DNA from: Candidatus Heimdallarchaeota archaeon
GTDB taxonomy: Archaea > Asgardarchaeota > Heimdallarchaeia > JABLTI01
Assembly: GCA_019058275.1 (NCBI GenBank)
Contig: JAHLVW010000062.1
Location: forward strand, 96,001-160,000
Direction of reading: 5' to 3'
Length of the DNA stretch: 64,000 nucleotides
Below, piece after piece: positions 1 to 10,505 of the stretch (positions are counted from its first letter, which is position 1; each line of letters opens with the position of its first letter). A program made the translations under genes and the position numbers. The notes below the pieces were generated by a model that saw only the letters and a program-made list of their open reading frames with translations, made no database searches and had not been told where the DNA came from.

Positions 1-2
1 GA

Positions 3-251
3 CATCACGTGAAGTTCCTTCCAAAGAAAATGTCAGTGTGGGAACTTCAACAAGCACAGATTGAAGCACATAGGCGCTTCTATACCATTAAACAAGTGAT
101 TTTAAGATTGTTGAGAGGTCGTATCCAGGCTTTTTTTATTGGTATTTATGCCAACCAGCTCAATAGGAAATGGGTAAAATGGGAAAGTACATACTTAAAA
201 GGGCTTAAAAGCTTTAATGGAATCAAGAAAATCTTAGCAGTGATGATCTAG
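3..251 (+). CDS. C-terminal end of a B12-binding radical SAM protein (possibly Mss-like); 5' partial
   Basis: Frame is open from the window edge: HHVKFLPKKMSVWELQQAQIEAHRRFY, resembling the 'F.PK.MS..ELQ...FY' tail of B12-radical SAM proteins. Confidence 0.6.
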   Translation, partial: HHVKFLPKKMSVWELQQAQIEAHRRFYTIKQVILRLLRGRIQAFFIGIYANQLNRKWVKWESTYLKGLKSFNGIKKILAVMI

Positions 252-906
252 AGAAACAAAAGTAAAGCTGACAATAAAAACAATAGCTTGAAAATAGAAA
301 CCAATTAGCAAGTGTTATCTCATAGTATTCTATGTACCAGTCAAAAATCATGTTTCCGCCACTTTCAGCATAATTTCCTTCCATTGTTAAATCTTGGAAA
401 CCTGTCTCAGTTTGTATTTCACTAATAGCAGATTCATCAGCAAGATTTTCAAAACCTTCAAAATAGTCAGTATCCCAGAAAGGTAGAATAATCAAACCAG
501 TACCTTCTTCCACTGTATCTTCTATCAAGTTCCAAGCTATATTACCATAACCCTCAAATAATATTATAGGCTGGAGCATCTGAATTGCTAAACCAAAAGC
601 ATCACCAAAAAGACTTGATTGGTAAGTTTCTGTATATAATCCAGATGTGATATTCCAGTCTACATTATTTGCTTCATCAACAGCTGTTATTTCAACTACC
701 ACCTGTGTACCTGAAGAAAAAGAATGACCATCTAAAATGTACCCATCACCAGAGGCACTATTTGAATCAATTGTAACATCAATACTGGCAGTAATTATGT
801 CATATGTATATGTCATACCTGAAGAAATTTGATAATCAGCTCTAACCATTATTGGTGTAAAAATCACAAAAATTATAATTAGACATAAAAAGAATTTCTT
901 CAACAA
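223..906 (-). CDS. Secreted/surface protein, probably truncated or frameshifted at the C-terminus
   Basis: Likely TTG start at 906 after GGAGAG; signal peptide KKFFLCLIIIFVIFTPIMVRA; acidic body; aberrant Cys/Phe-rich tail overlapping the convergent gene. Confidence 0.55.
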   Translation of the reverse strand: MLKKFFLCLIIIFVIFTPIMVRADYQISSGMTYTYDIITASIDVTIDSNSASGDGYILDGHSFSSGTQVVVEITAVDEANNVDWNITSGLYTETYQSSLFGDAFGLAIQMLQPIILFEGYGNIAWNLIEDTVEEGTGLIILPFWDTDYFEGFENLADESAISEIQTETGFQDLTMEGNYAESGGNMIFDWYIEYYEITLANWFLFSSYCFYCQLYFCFSRSSLLRFS

Positions 907-1075
907 ATTTACTCTCCAAATAATTATAATATACAATATCTTATACAAAGAAAAAAGTAGTTGCGACAATATTAGCATTTCATCAATTACTTAGCTATTT
1001 CATCTTAACTTGGACAAATTTTAATAAACATAATTGTAATACAAAAAAGAATATAATAAAACGAGTGGAAGAATA

Positions 1076-3199
1076 ATGGCTGTTGTGGTACCATTAACTC
1101 TAATTATAGCTTTAGTGATTGGTGTACTTTCAATAATAGTAGCTATAATTTTCAGTATATTAATATTAAGAGAAGATCCTGGGAACGAAAAAATGGTCGA
1201 AATTTCAGGATACATCGAAGATGGAGCCAAAAAATTTCTTTGGGTTCAATATCGAATATTGTCAATATTTGTACTAGTTTTATTCGTGGTTATCTTACTA
1301 TTTTTACCATCCGATTTAACATCAAATAATGTTCCAGTTATCAGTGGCGATATGAACTGGGAGCAAGCTATAGCTTACATTGTTGGATCCGTTGCTTCAA
1401 TGTTTGCAGGATGGTTAGGAATGATCATTGGTGTGAAAGCAAACACTCGTGCAGCTCAAGGTTGCACAAAAAGCATAGACAAAGGGTTTGATGTTGCTTT
1501 CTTTGGTGGATCTGTAATGGGCCTTGCTGTTGTAGGTTCAGCACTTATTGGAATATCAGTAATCTATTGGATATTTCAAACCCCAGCAGTTGTTTTGGGT
1601 TTCAGTTTTGGTGCCAGTACCATTGCATTATTTATGAAATGTGGTGGAGGAATTTACACAAAAACAGCAGATGTAGGTGCAGATTTGGTAGGAAAAGCAG
1701 AATATCAGTTGCCTGAAGATGATATTCGAAATCCTGCAACAATAGCTGATAATGTTGGTGATAACGTAGGTGACATTGCAGGAATGGGAAGTGATCTTTT
1801 TGATTCATATGTTGCATCAATACTGGCTGCAATGATTTTGGCTAATCTTCTAATGTCAGGTGCAAGTGACGCTGTAAGGGGCACTTTTATTATATTTCCT
1901 ATTATTTTATCCTCAGTAGGATTGATTGCTTCTCTAATCGGTATATTGTTGATAAAAGCATTGAAAACAAAAGATCCTGGAAAATTACTTAATTTTGGAA
2001 CTTACATTGCAACTTTTATCTTTGCTGCACTAGGTGCACTATTTGTTTGGATTATGATATTAACAACAGACGGAATTACCGATGCACAGATCGTAAGGAT
2101 GTGGAAGGATTATGCATGTGTGGTCATTGGTCTTCTGAGTGGTGTACTCATAGGGTGGACAAGTGATATCTTTACTAGAGATGATAAAGCTCCTACAAGA
2201 AATATTGCTCGGTCAGCTCAAGAAGGTGATGCAGTAGTTATTCTCTCAGGATTTGCTTATGGTATGTTGAGTGTTGTTCCACCAGCACTTGGAATAGCTG
2301 TAGCTATGTCTCTTTCTTATTTCCTTGATGGTGTGTTTGGTGTTGCTATGGCTGCTGTTGGTATGTTAGCAATCGTAGGAACTGTTGTTTCAAATGACGC
2401 TTATGGACCTATAGTTGATAATTCAAGAGCAATAGCTGAACAAGGAGGTCTAGGAGAAGAAGTTATTCGAATAGCTGATAAATTGGATTCTGCAGGAAAC
2501 ACTGCAAAAGCTATAACAAAAGGTTTCGCAATTGGTGCTGCAAATTTGGCAGTTTTTGCTTTACTGTTTTCTTATGCTGAAGATGTTGGTGTAGATTTTA
2601 CTATGGATCTATTGAATATGAACATCTTAATTGGAGCATTTCTGGGTGTAGTAGCTCCTGTACTATTCTCTGCATTGTTAATTTTAGCAGTTCAACGAAA
2701 TGCTGCAAAAATGGTTGATGAAATCAGAGATCAATTTGAAAATAATCTCAAAATACTGGAGGGTAAAGAACCTCCTAATTTCCATAGTACTATTGAAATT
2801 GCAACAAAAGGAGCTCTAAGAGAATTAATTCTTCCAAGCATAATATCAATCTCATTCCCAATTTTGGTTGGTGCTATTTTTGGTGTCGCTGCGTTGGGAG
2901 CCTTTTTAGTAGGAGCGATTCTCTCAGGTTTTGTTTTTGCAATATTTATGTCTAATGCAGGAGGAGCATGGGATAATGCTAAGAAATGGATAGAAGATGG
3001 TAATCTGGGAGGAAAAGGCACTGCTACTCATAAAGCATCGATCACTGGTGATACAGTTGGTGATCCATTTAAGGATACTGCTGGTCCAAGCATTAATACT
3101 CTACTAGTTGTTATGGTTCTTACTGCAACCATCTTTTTGGGCTTGCTTCTACTGATTAATGGTGGAGCAGGTTGGCTGGGTCAATTTCTAACTCCATAA
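1076..3199 (+). CDS. hppA: Membrane-bound H+-translocating pyrophosphatase (K+-independent type)
   Basis: GGGIYTKTADVGADLVGK, DNVGDNVGD, DAYGPIVDN, GNTAKAITKG, GDTVGDPFKD motifs; many TM helices. Confidence 0.97.
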   Translation: MAVVVPLTLIIALVIGVLSIIVAIIFSILILREDPGNEKMVEISGYIEDGAKKFLWVQYRILSIFVLVLFVVILLFLPSDLTSNNVPVISGDMNWEQAIAYIVGSVASMFAGWLGMIIGVKANTRAAQGCTKSIDKGFDVAFFGGSVMGLAVVGSALIGISVIYWIFQTPAVVLGFSFGASTIALFMKCGGGIYTKTADVGADLVGKAEYQLPEDDIRNPATIADNVGDNVGDIAGMGSDLFDSYVASILAAMILANLLMSGASDAVRGTFIIFPIILSSVGLIASLIGILLIKALKTKDPGKLLNFGTYIATFIFAALGALFVWIMILTTDGITDAQIVRMWKDYACVVIGLLSGVLIGWTSDIFTRDDKAPTRNIARSAQEGDAVVILSGFAYGMLSVVPPALGIAVAMSLSYFLDGVFGVAMAAVGMLAIVGTVVSNDAYGPIVDNSRAIAEQGGLGEEVIRIADKLDSAGNTAKAITKGFAIGAANLAVFALLFSYAEDVGVDFTMDLLNMNILIGAFLGVVAPVLFSALLILAVQRNAAKMVDEIRDQFENNLKILEGKEPPNFHSTIEIATKGALRELILPSIISISFPILVGAIFGVAALGAFLVGAILSGFVFAIFMSNAGGAWDNAKKWIEDGNLGGKGTATHKASITGDTVGDPFKDTAGPSINTLLVVMVLTATIFLGLLLLINGGAGWLGQFLTP

Positions 3200-3545
3200 T
3201 ATTATGGAAAGCTCAACCAAAATTTTTCTTTTTTTTAGCTTCTTCTTTTTTTGGATATATCATTTAATTAAGGCATAAAAGAATCAAAAGGGATCATGTA
3301 AACTTAAATGGAGAGAAATAATAAGAAAAAGGATTTTATTGATTTCTTCTTTACAAAAATTTTTTATAAAAACTTCTGATATATTGAGTAGAAGGATATT
3401 TGTTGCTAAAATTACATTGATTTAAACTAGGAATATAGTTTTACCTTGGAGGGGTATCTTTCAAAATTAAATTCTGCTTTAAATGTTAGCTTAAATCGTA
3501 AGTTAATCAGTAAACACTACATTAAATCTAGGAGATAGATATTTA

Positions 3546-4565
3546 ATGAGAGTTGGTATACCCAGAGCATTGATGTATTATAAATTCGCAGACATGTGGG
3601 TAACATTTTTTCAAGAATTAGGTGCAGAAGTTATTATTTCTCCCAAAACAACAAAGAAGATAAAACAAGAGGCTGTAAATATAGCACCTAATGAGGATTG
3701 CTATTCTACAAAACTGTATTATGGTCATGTAATGGCCATTAAAGATCAAGTTGATTATCTTTTCATACCTAGATATGGTGCAAGCGATAAAAGGTATGTT
3801 GGTTGTCCGAAATTTATTGGCTTGGCTGAAGTTTTAAGATCTATGTTTCCTAACTTGCCACCAATAATTATGCCACATTATAATACTGCTAAAGGTAGAG
3901 ATGGAAAATTAAGCTTCTTCTTCAAAGCTATGAAAATAGGATCAATGTTTACAAAAAATCCCTTTAAGAAAATCAGAGCTCTTCGTTTAGCTTTGAAAAA
4001 ACACAATCAACACAAAAAGGATTTGGTAATTGATGAAAAGACCCTTTACAAATGGGAGCAATCAGAATTATTCTTGAATGATCCACCAAATTCTAATCAT
4101 GGTAAGAGACAGTTAAAAATAGCATTAGTTGGTCATTCTTATGTGTTAAATGATCCTTATGCATCGTTAGATATTCGTACAATATTAAAAGAACAAGAAG
4201 TGGACATAATTACCTCTGAACAAATGCCTAGAGAATTAATTGAAAAACAAATGGACAAACAGAATTTCCAACTATATTTTTACTATGAAAGAGAAATTTT
4301 AGGAACAATAATGCATTTCCTAGAGAGCAAGACTGTTGATGGAATAATCCATATTATGGTTTTTAGCTGTGGACCAGATTCCATAGCTGGAGAAATGGCT
4401 GCAAGATTTTCAAATAGAAATCCTGCGGTTCCTTTACTTCAATTAGTTTTTGATGAATTAACAGCAGAAACTGGATTGAAAACAAGGATTGAAGCATTCA
4501 TAGACATGCTGAGAAGAAGTATAGATGCGCAGATAACATTCCAAACTACAAAAGTGCATGTCTAA
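3546..4565 (+). CDS. CoA-activase-associated reductase subunit (DUF2229 / HgdD-like; PlsA/PlsR-type domain)
   Basis: MRVGIPRAL, EDCYSTKLYYGH, GCPKFIGL, FSCGPDS, DELTAETGLKTRIEAF. Confidence 0.85.
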   Translation: MRVGIPRALMYYKFADMWVTFFQELGAEVIISPKTTKKIKQEAVNIAPNEDCYSTKLYYGHVMAIKDQVDYLFIPRYGASDKRYVGCPKFIGLAEVLRSMFPNLPPIIMPHYNTAKGRDGKLSFFFKAMKIGSMFTKNPFKKIRALRLALKKHNQHKKDLVIDEKTLYKWEQSELFLNDPPNSNHGKRQLKIALVGHSYVLNDPYASLDIRTILKEQEVDIITSEQMPRELIEKQMDKQNFQLYFYYEREILGTIMHFLESKTVDGIIHIMVFSCGPDSIAGEMAARFSNRNPAVPLLQLVFDELTAETGLKTRIEAFIDMLRRSIDAQITFQTTKVHV

Positions 4566-4622
4566 ATGGAGGAAAATATTTAATCAAATAAAAACAAGAG
4601 AAATACCCAAGGGAGCATCACT

Positions 4623-5720
4623 ATGTCAATTTCATTTCCACATGTCGGAAGTTTTACTTATGTAATGGAATCTATAGTTCGAGAGATGGGTAGAACGGAT
4701 GTAGTAGTTCCAAACAAACCTACAAACAAAACTAAGCAGCTTGGTTCTCGTCATTCACCTGAATGGATCTGTACTCCATTCAAAATGCTTTTTGGATCCT
4801 TCATTGAGGTATTAGAACGCGGTGCATATGAATTAGTAGGAACCTTGTTTATTGATTATTGTAGATTGGGTTACTATACACCTATTTATGAACTAATCTT
4901 AGAGGATTTGGGTTATGATTTTGAATTTCTATACTTGAATTTTGATAACCCTATTGGTTTCATACAAGAGATGAAAAGGCGTACAGAGGGACTAACATAT
5001 CTACAAACATTTAGAGCATTCCAAATTGGGTGGATAAAAAATCGATACATAGACATCGCAGATAAATGTCTTTACAGCTATCAAGCTGTTGAACTAGAAA
5101 AGGGTGTATCACAAAGAGTTGCTGAAAAAGCTTATAGATTAATTGTGGAAACCAGGGGAATGAGAAACATCAGAAAATTGAGAAAGATTATTCCAAAGAT
5201 GTTTGAAGATGAAGTAGAAATCGATAAGAAAGCTGATCCACTGAAAGTAGTAGTTCTTGGAGAATTATACGCAGTAGTAGAACCATCAATCAATCTAGAT
5301 GTTATGACTAAATTAAATGAACTTGGAGTGATTTCTCATACTCCTATCACATTTTGCAGATGGATAGATATCGGATCAAGAGCAAATCCATTCAAAAGAC
5401 CTAGTTTTAAGACTGCAGTTAAAAAAGCAAAACCTTATGTAGAATATAGACTTGGTGGAAAAACGCAGGAATCTATAGGTTATTCAATCATGTATAAGGA
5501 AAAAGGTTGGGATGGTGTTATTCATCTTTATCCCTTTACATGTATGCCTGAAATCATTTCTCGAAGTATAATACCTCAAATTAGTCGTGAATATGAAATA
5601 CCAATTCTCTCACTAGTATTAGATGAGCATACTGGTGAAACGGGATTAAAAACTAGATTAGAAGCGTTTATTGATTTAATAGAACGCAAAAGGAAAGTCA
5701 ATGGTGATAACATAAAATGA
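4623..5720 (+). CDS. 2-hydroxyacyl-CoA dehydratase D-like / PlsR-like subunit
   Basis: SPEWICTPFK, CRLGYY, VLGELY, PFTCMPE, DEHTGETGLKTRLEAF. Confidence 0.8.
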   Translation: MSISFPHVGSFTYVMESIVREMGRTDVVVPNKPTNKTKQLGSRHSPEWICTPFKMLFGSFIEVLERGAYELVGTLFIDYCRLGYYTPIYELILEDLGYDFEFLYLNFDNPIGFIQEMKRRTEGLTYLQTFRAFQIGWIKNRYIDIADKCLYSYQAVELEKGVSQRVAEKAYRLIVETRGMRNIRKLRKIIPKMFEDEVEIDKKADPLKVVVLGELYAVVEPSINLDVMTKLNELGVISHTPITFCRWIDIGSRANPFKRPSFKTAVKKAKPYVEYRLGGKTQESIGYSIMYKEKGWDGVIHLYPFTCMPEIISRSIIPQISREYEIPILSLVLDEHTGETGLKTRLEAFIDLIERKRKVNGDNIK

Positions 5721-5742
5721 AATTTATGTAAGGTGTTAGAAA

Positions 5743-6717
5743 ATGAAAAATAAAGTAGACAAGTATTTTCTGGGAGTTGATGTTGGCTCAATTAGCACAA
5801 ATCTAGCTGTGATAAATAATTCAAAAGAACTAATCGAATCAGTTTATATTAGAACAGAGGGCAAACCAGTCAATTCTATTCAAAAAGGCATTAAATTGAT
5901 GAAGGAAAAAATCGATAATGGGATAGAAATATCAGGTGCTGGATCAACTGGTAGTGCGAGACAATTAACCGGAGTGATAATTAGTGCTGATATTGTCAAG
6001 AATGAAATAACTGCTCACGCTTTAGCTTCTTTGCATTATAATCCAGAAATACAAACTGTAATTGAAATCGGAGGGCAAGATAGCAAAATAATAATCATAA
6101 GAAATGGTGTTGCTGTGGATTTCGCGATGAATACAGTCTGTGCAGCAGGAACTGGTTCATTTTTAGATATGCAAGCCTCACGACTGGATATACCAATTGA
6201 ACAATTTGGTTGTTTGGCATGTAAATCAAATAATGCTGTTTCTATTGCTGGACGTTGTACAGTTTTTGCAGAAAGTGACATGATACACAAACAACAATTG
6301 GGTCATTCAACTGAAGATATAATTAAAGGTTTGTGTGAAGCATTAGCTCGAAATTATCTTAACAATGTTGGTAAAGGAAAGGATATTTTACCACCTATTA
6401 TGTTCCAAGGTGGAGTGGCTGCGAACGAAGGAATGAAGGAAGCATTTGAAAAATATCTTGGGCATAAGGTAATAATTCCAGAATATTATGACGTTATGGG
6501 TGCTATTGGTGCAGCAATTTTGGCTCAAGAAGAGATTATTAAACGTCCAAGAAAAACAAAATTTGTTGGATGGAATTTACCAGATTTGGATTTTAAAACA
6601 GTTGGTTTTGAGTGTAGTGACTGTTCTAATGCTTGCGAAATTGTTGAAATAATGAAGAATGGTGATGTTATAGCAAGATGGGGTAGCAGATGTGGTAAAA
6701 GAAACATGATTGATTAG
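5743..6717 (+). CDS. Acyl-CoA dehydratase activase (BcrA/BadG/HgdC ASKHA ATPase, 4Fe-4S)
   Basis: GVDVGSIST, IEIGGQDSK, MNTVCAAGTGSFL, RCTVFAESD, QGGVAAN; C-terminal FECSDCSNAC...GSRC. Confidence 0.93.
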   Translation: MKNKVDKYFLGVDVGSISTNLAVINNSKELIESVYIRTEGKPVNSIQKGIKLMKEKIDNGIEISGAGSTGSARQLTGVIISADIVKNEITAHALASLHYNPEIQTVIEIGGQDSKIIIIRNGVAVDFAMNTVCAAGTGSFLDMQASRLDIPIEQFGCLACKSNNAVSIAGRCTVFAESDMIHKQQLGHSTEDIIKGLCEALARNYLNNVGKGKDILPPIMFQGGVAANEGMKEAFEKYLGHKVIIPEYYDVMGAIGAAILAQEEIIKRPRKTKFVGWNLPDLDFKTVGFECSDCSNACEIVEIMKNGDVIARWGSRCGKRNMID

Positions 6718-6790
6718 TTTCGAATGCTAAAAATACTTAATGTGTACTGGAAGAAATTCAAATAAATACCAGTACCTGTAAAAAGAACTG

Positions 6791-7048
6791 GTGTTATTTA
6801 TTATTTTAATTCGTCAACTTAGTACAATAAAAAGTGAACCAGTAACTAATTATGGTTCAACAAAAACAAATATTCAATGGCTTATTAGCAAAGAACAAGG
6901 AGCTCCAAGATTTGCTATGAGACTTTTCACTTTAAAACCTGGGGCAAATATAGGCATTCATAGTCATCCAGAAGAACATGAAATCTATATCGTACAAGGT
7001 GAATGTGCTCTTATCTCTGAGGATGGAACAAGAATATATTATTTTTAA
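6791..7048 (+). pseudogene. Cupin-domain gene, 5' half (interrupted)
   Basis: GAPRFAMRLFTLKPG...HSHPEEHEIYIVQG is cupin motif 1; ends abruptly; motif 2 lies at 13198-13386. Confidence 0.88.
6964..7034 (+). repeat. Left copy of a 71-bp imperfect direct repeat
   Basis: 57/71 identical to 13197-13267 by manual alignment. Confidence 0.92.
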
Positions 7049-7118
7049 GCTATATTTATCTTAAGGGAAGAATAATAAAGTATTCTTCTTTTTTTTAAAA
7101 TGAATGGTGATTTAATAG

Positions 7119-9830
7119 ATGAAAAACAGGAATCTATTTACAATTTTCTTTAGAAGATATTTCACAAAAATAATTCCTTCCTTTATTGTAAGCTTTATGA
7201 TTTTTTGCATAATTGGAGCGATTTCAATACTGGTCGCACATCAATCAAATCTAGCATTCAAAGAAGCAATTTCAAATGGATATTCCGATTTAGATGGTAA
7301 AATATCATCACCAGGAGGATTTGAGGATCTAGATTTAGAGGATATTCCTTTAAAACTAAGTAATATATCAATAGATTCTAACCTTTCTGTTTGTTTTAGC
7401 GTAATCATTGCTGTCAACATAGTTGCAGAGAATAATGAAACTTTTACTATTCCTTTTTTTGGTCTTGATGATAATCTATTGACTAGAATGAACATTTCAG
7501 ATAGGAATTCAATTGTAACTAGAATGGACCAAGACTTGATTAATGTTTCCTCGATAGATGATAGCTCAAAAAACTACCAAATATCAATAAATGAGAATGA
7601 GAGTATAGTCAATGATTGGCTATTTTCAAGCATAATTAGAAAAACCCAAAGTTATTATAGTCTCCAATTAAAACATGATAAATATAATTACAGAAAATAT
7701 TTTCTAATGGGAAATCTAAGTTTTTGTATTGAGGTTGCAAAGGAATTAGAAATTACTGAAGCTAATGTAGGTAGTTTTTTCTATGGTTTTATTGATGAAA
7801 GTATTTTAGAGAATTTCTCTCCTGAAGAAGTACTTGACATAATAGATCAATATGAAAAAAATCTTTATTTGGAATTAGTTAGAATTGGAATAGACCCTGA
7901 TTACATAAGTATTTCTTCTTCAATAGATATAGATATACATAATACGTTGGTTTCAATTTATAGTGATATATATGATATACAATTGTTGTCAATTCCAAAT
8001 ATAGTACTTATATTCCTGCTAATTTTTACAATAGACGTAGGAGTTAATGGAATATTGAAAAGCCTAAGAAAGAAACTTTGGTTAAAAGGTTTCTCAGATA
8101 GAAAAATAAATACAATGTTCTTTATTATTGAGATTATTCCAGATTTGGCAGCATTTTTGTTGTCTATGCTTCTAGTTTTATTACTTGGACAAATTCTAAA
8201 CATAACAAATTTACTTAATATCACATTTGTAAAAACATTAGGTCTGACTTTTATAATCATCATTCTCTGTAAAGTTATTAATTTCTTCTTTCTAAACAAG
8301 ACTAAAAGAAATGGTACAACTGAAGAATCAGTTTCCAAAAGATTGTCTGATAGAACTCTCAATATTGTTAAAATTTCAAGTATTGTCTTATTGATGCTAG
8401 TTGTTTTTATGCAAATTGCTCGAGTATTTACTTCTCTTTTTTGGTTTCCACTTATTAACGGGTCAACAAAAATAATTTTCGATGTATTTACAGCGATAAT
8501 ATTACTTTTGATTATCATAATTTTATTTTCTTCTAAGTTTAAAGGGAAATCTGTTTTTTCTAAACAAAGTAAATTAAGAAATCTTTTCAAAAGATTGTTT
8601 ACAAATGAAAAGAAGAAGATTTTAGCTCAACAATTAATAGTTTTTAGCTTCTATTTATTATTGACATTTATGATTGTTAATTATCAAGCAATGAGTGTAT
8701 ATTCAAATAGAAATGAAAATATTTTTGATATAGAAATTACTTATCATGGTTCACAAGATACGGGTATAGATCTTTCTCAGATTCAGAATGTAACTACTGC
8801 TTTACCAGAAGTAAAAAATATGAGTCTTGAAGATAGATTAGATGCTAATGTAATTTTTGATTTAAAACAATGCAAGTCTAGAATTTGTGCAATAAATACA
8901 TCTATTTATTCAGAAAAGGATCTTGGTTGGAATCATTTTATAGGTATAACAGGCGATTCAAATAGGAATATTCTTAGCCAGATGAATAATGGAACTATTA
9001 TCATTAGCCAAAAACTAGCAGAAGAAATAGGTGCAAGAGTTGGTGACTATATTACACTAGATGATGAAGATTTTCTAATAGGAAATGGGACTGGTGTAGA
9101 TGTTATTATCGAAAACCTAGAAGTTGTAGGAATTTCTGATATGTTACCAAAACTTCACGGGAATGTTTATTATTCAAATCCTTGTGCTATTATTGATTTT
9201 AAAATAGTTGATGATTTAAGAAGAAATCTGAATTCAACAAGAATCGCTCAAACACTCAGATTTGATCTTGAATATGAAACGGAAAATGAAACCTTAATTC
9301 AAATTTTGCAAAGTCAGACTTTAGACTCTTTTATAGAAATATTGAATTTGGATTTATTGCCTTATGTTTTTATTACTATTAATTCAGCTTCTTATAACAA
9401 TCCTTCAAATGTAGGTCCTTCCTACTATGATATCTATTTAAACTTTCTAAGGTTCGAAATTGCTTTCGAGATTATTTTTTTGCCAATAATAACACTAATA
9501 TTCAATAAGAAAATTCTTAGCTCTATAAATTCAAAATTCCAAATTTTAGGTTCTCGTGGATTTGATGACAAATTGATGAGGAGACATTATAGAAAAGAGG
9601 TATTCTCTTCAATTATTGCAGGAAATATCCTTGGAATTGTTATTGGAATAACTGTCTGTTTAATGAAACTTAGTTATAGTTTACCTAGTTTATTTCTAAT
9701 TGGAAACTTTAGTATTTTAATTGAAGCAGCAATTTTAATTTTATTATCAATTATTATTGGATTAGGAACTTTGGGAATGCTGAACATAAGTCTTAACAAA
9801 AATCTAAAAACGCTAAAAGATGGAGGTTAA
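7119..9830 (+). CDS. ABC transporter permease, FtsX/MacB-like (duplicated architecture)
   Basis: Two TM + large extracellular loop modules; LKGFS and SRGFD motifs; adjacent to a LolD-like ATPase. Confidence 0.75.
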   Translation: MKNRNLFTIFFRRYFTKIIPSFIVSFMIFCIIGAISILVAHQSNLAFKEAISNGYSDLDGKISSPGGFEDLDLEDIPLKLSNISIDSNLSVCFSVIIAVNIVAENNETFTIPFFGLDDNLLTRMNISDRNSIVTRMDQDLINVSSIDDSSKNYQISINENESIVNDWLFSSIIRKTQSYYSLQLKHDKYNYRKYFLMGNLSFCIEVAKELEITEANVGSFFYGFIDESILENFSPEEVLDIIDQYEKNLYLELVRIGIDPDYISISSSIDIDIHNTLVSIYSDIYDIQLLSIPNIVLIFLLIFTIDVGVNGILKSLRKKLWLKGFSDRKINTMFFIIEIIPDLAAFLLSMLLVLLLGQILNITNLLNITFVKTLGLTFIIIILCKVINFFFLNKTKRNGTTEESVSKRLSDRTLNIVKISSIVLLMLVVFMQIARVFTSLFWFPLINGSTKIIFDVFTAIILLLIIIILFSSKFKGKSVFSKQSKLRNLFKRLFTNEKKKILAQQLIVFSFYLLLTFMIVNYQAMSVYSNRNENIFDIEITYHGSQDTGIDLSQIQNVTTALPEVKNMSLEDRLDANVIFDLKQCKSRICAINTSIYSEKDLGWNHFIGITGDSNRNILSQMNNGTIIISQKLAEEIGARVGDYITLDDEDFLIGNGTGVDVIIENLEVVGISDMLPKLHGNVYYSNPCAIIDFKIVDDLRRNLNSTRIAQTLRFDLEYETENETLIQILQSQTLDSFIEILNLDLLPYVFITINSASYNNPSNVGPSYYDIYLNFLRFEIAFEIIFLPIITLIFNKKILSSINSKFQILGSRGFDDKLMRRHYRKEVFSSIIAGNILGIVIGITVCLMKLSYSLPSLFLIGNFSILIEAAILILLSIIIGLGTLGMLNISLNKNLKTLKDGG

Positions 9831-9835
9831 TAGAA

Positions 9836-10498
9836 ATGACATATATAATCATTGAATCATTATACAAAATCTATCAAGGAACTGTTGAAACAGTTGCTCT
9901 AGAGAATTTCAATGAGAAAATCGATAAGGGTGAAGCTGTTGCTATTGCAGGCCCTAGTGGAAGTGGGAAAACAAGTCTTCTGTCTTGTATTGGTGGTGTT
10001 TTGAAACCAACAAGTGGAAGAATACTGATAGATGGTATTGATATCACCAAATTATCGGATGATGAGTTAGTTGATTATCGCAGAGATCAAGTAGGATTAA
10101 TTTATCAAGATTTTAATCTAATTGATGAATTTTCGATCTATGAAAATGTTGTTTTACCTATGCTAATAGCAAAAAAAACCAAATCAGAAATTGAAGCACG
10201 CGCTAATGAACTTTTAGAAGCATTAGATATTCAACGTTACATAAAAACTTTTCCAAATTACCTCTCAGGAGGTGAAAAGCAAAGGGTTGCTATTGCTGTA
10301 GCTTTAGCAAACGATCCGGATATTATCTTAGCTGATGAACCTACAGGAAATCTTGATTTAGCATCACGAGAGAATGTTATAGATATACTCACCACCAAGT
10401 GTAAAGATCTGAATAAAGCTCTTCTGATTGCTACCCATGATCCATTTATAATGAAAAAAATCGATCGTATAATTGATTTGCCAAAATTAATCAGGTGA
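9836..10498 (+). CDS. ABC transporter ATP-binding protein (LolD/MacB family)
   Basis: GPSGSGKT, LSGGEKQRVAIA, ILADEPTGNLD, ATHD. Confidence 0.96.
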   Translation: MTYIIIESLYKIYQGTVETVALENFNEKIDKGEAVAIAGPSGSGKTSLLSCIGGVLKPTSGRILIDGIDITKLSDDELVDYRRDQVGLIYQDFNLIDEFSIYENVVLPMLIAKKTKSEIEARANELLEALDIQRYIKTFPNYLSGGEKQRVAIAVALANDPDIILADEPTGNLDLASRENVIDILTTKCKDLNKALLIATHDPFIMKKIDRIIDLPKLIR

Positions 10499-10505
10499 TT
10501 CCTAT

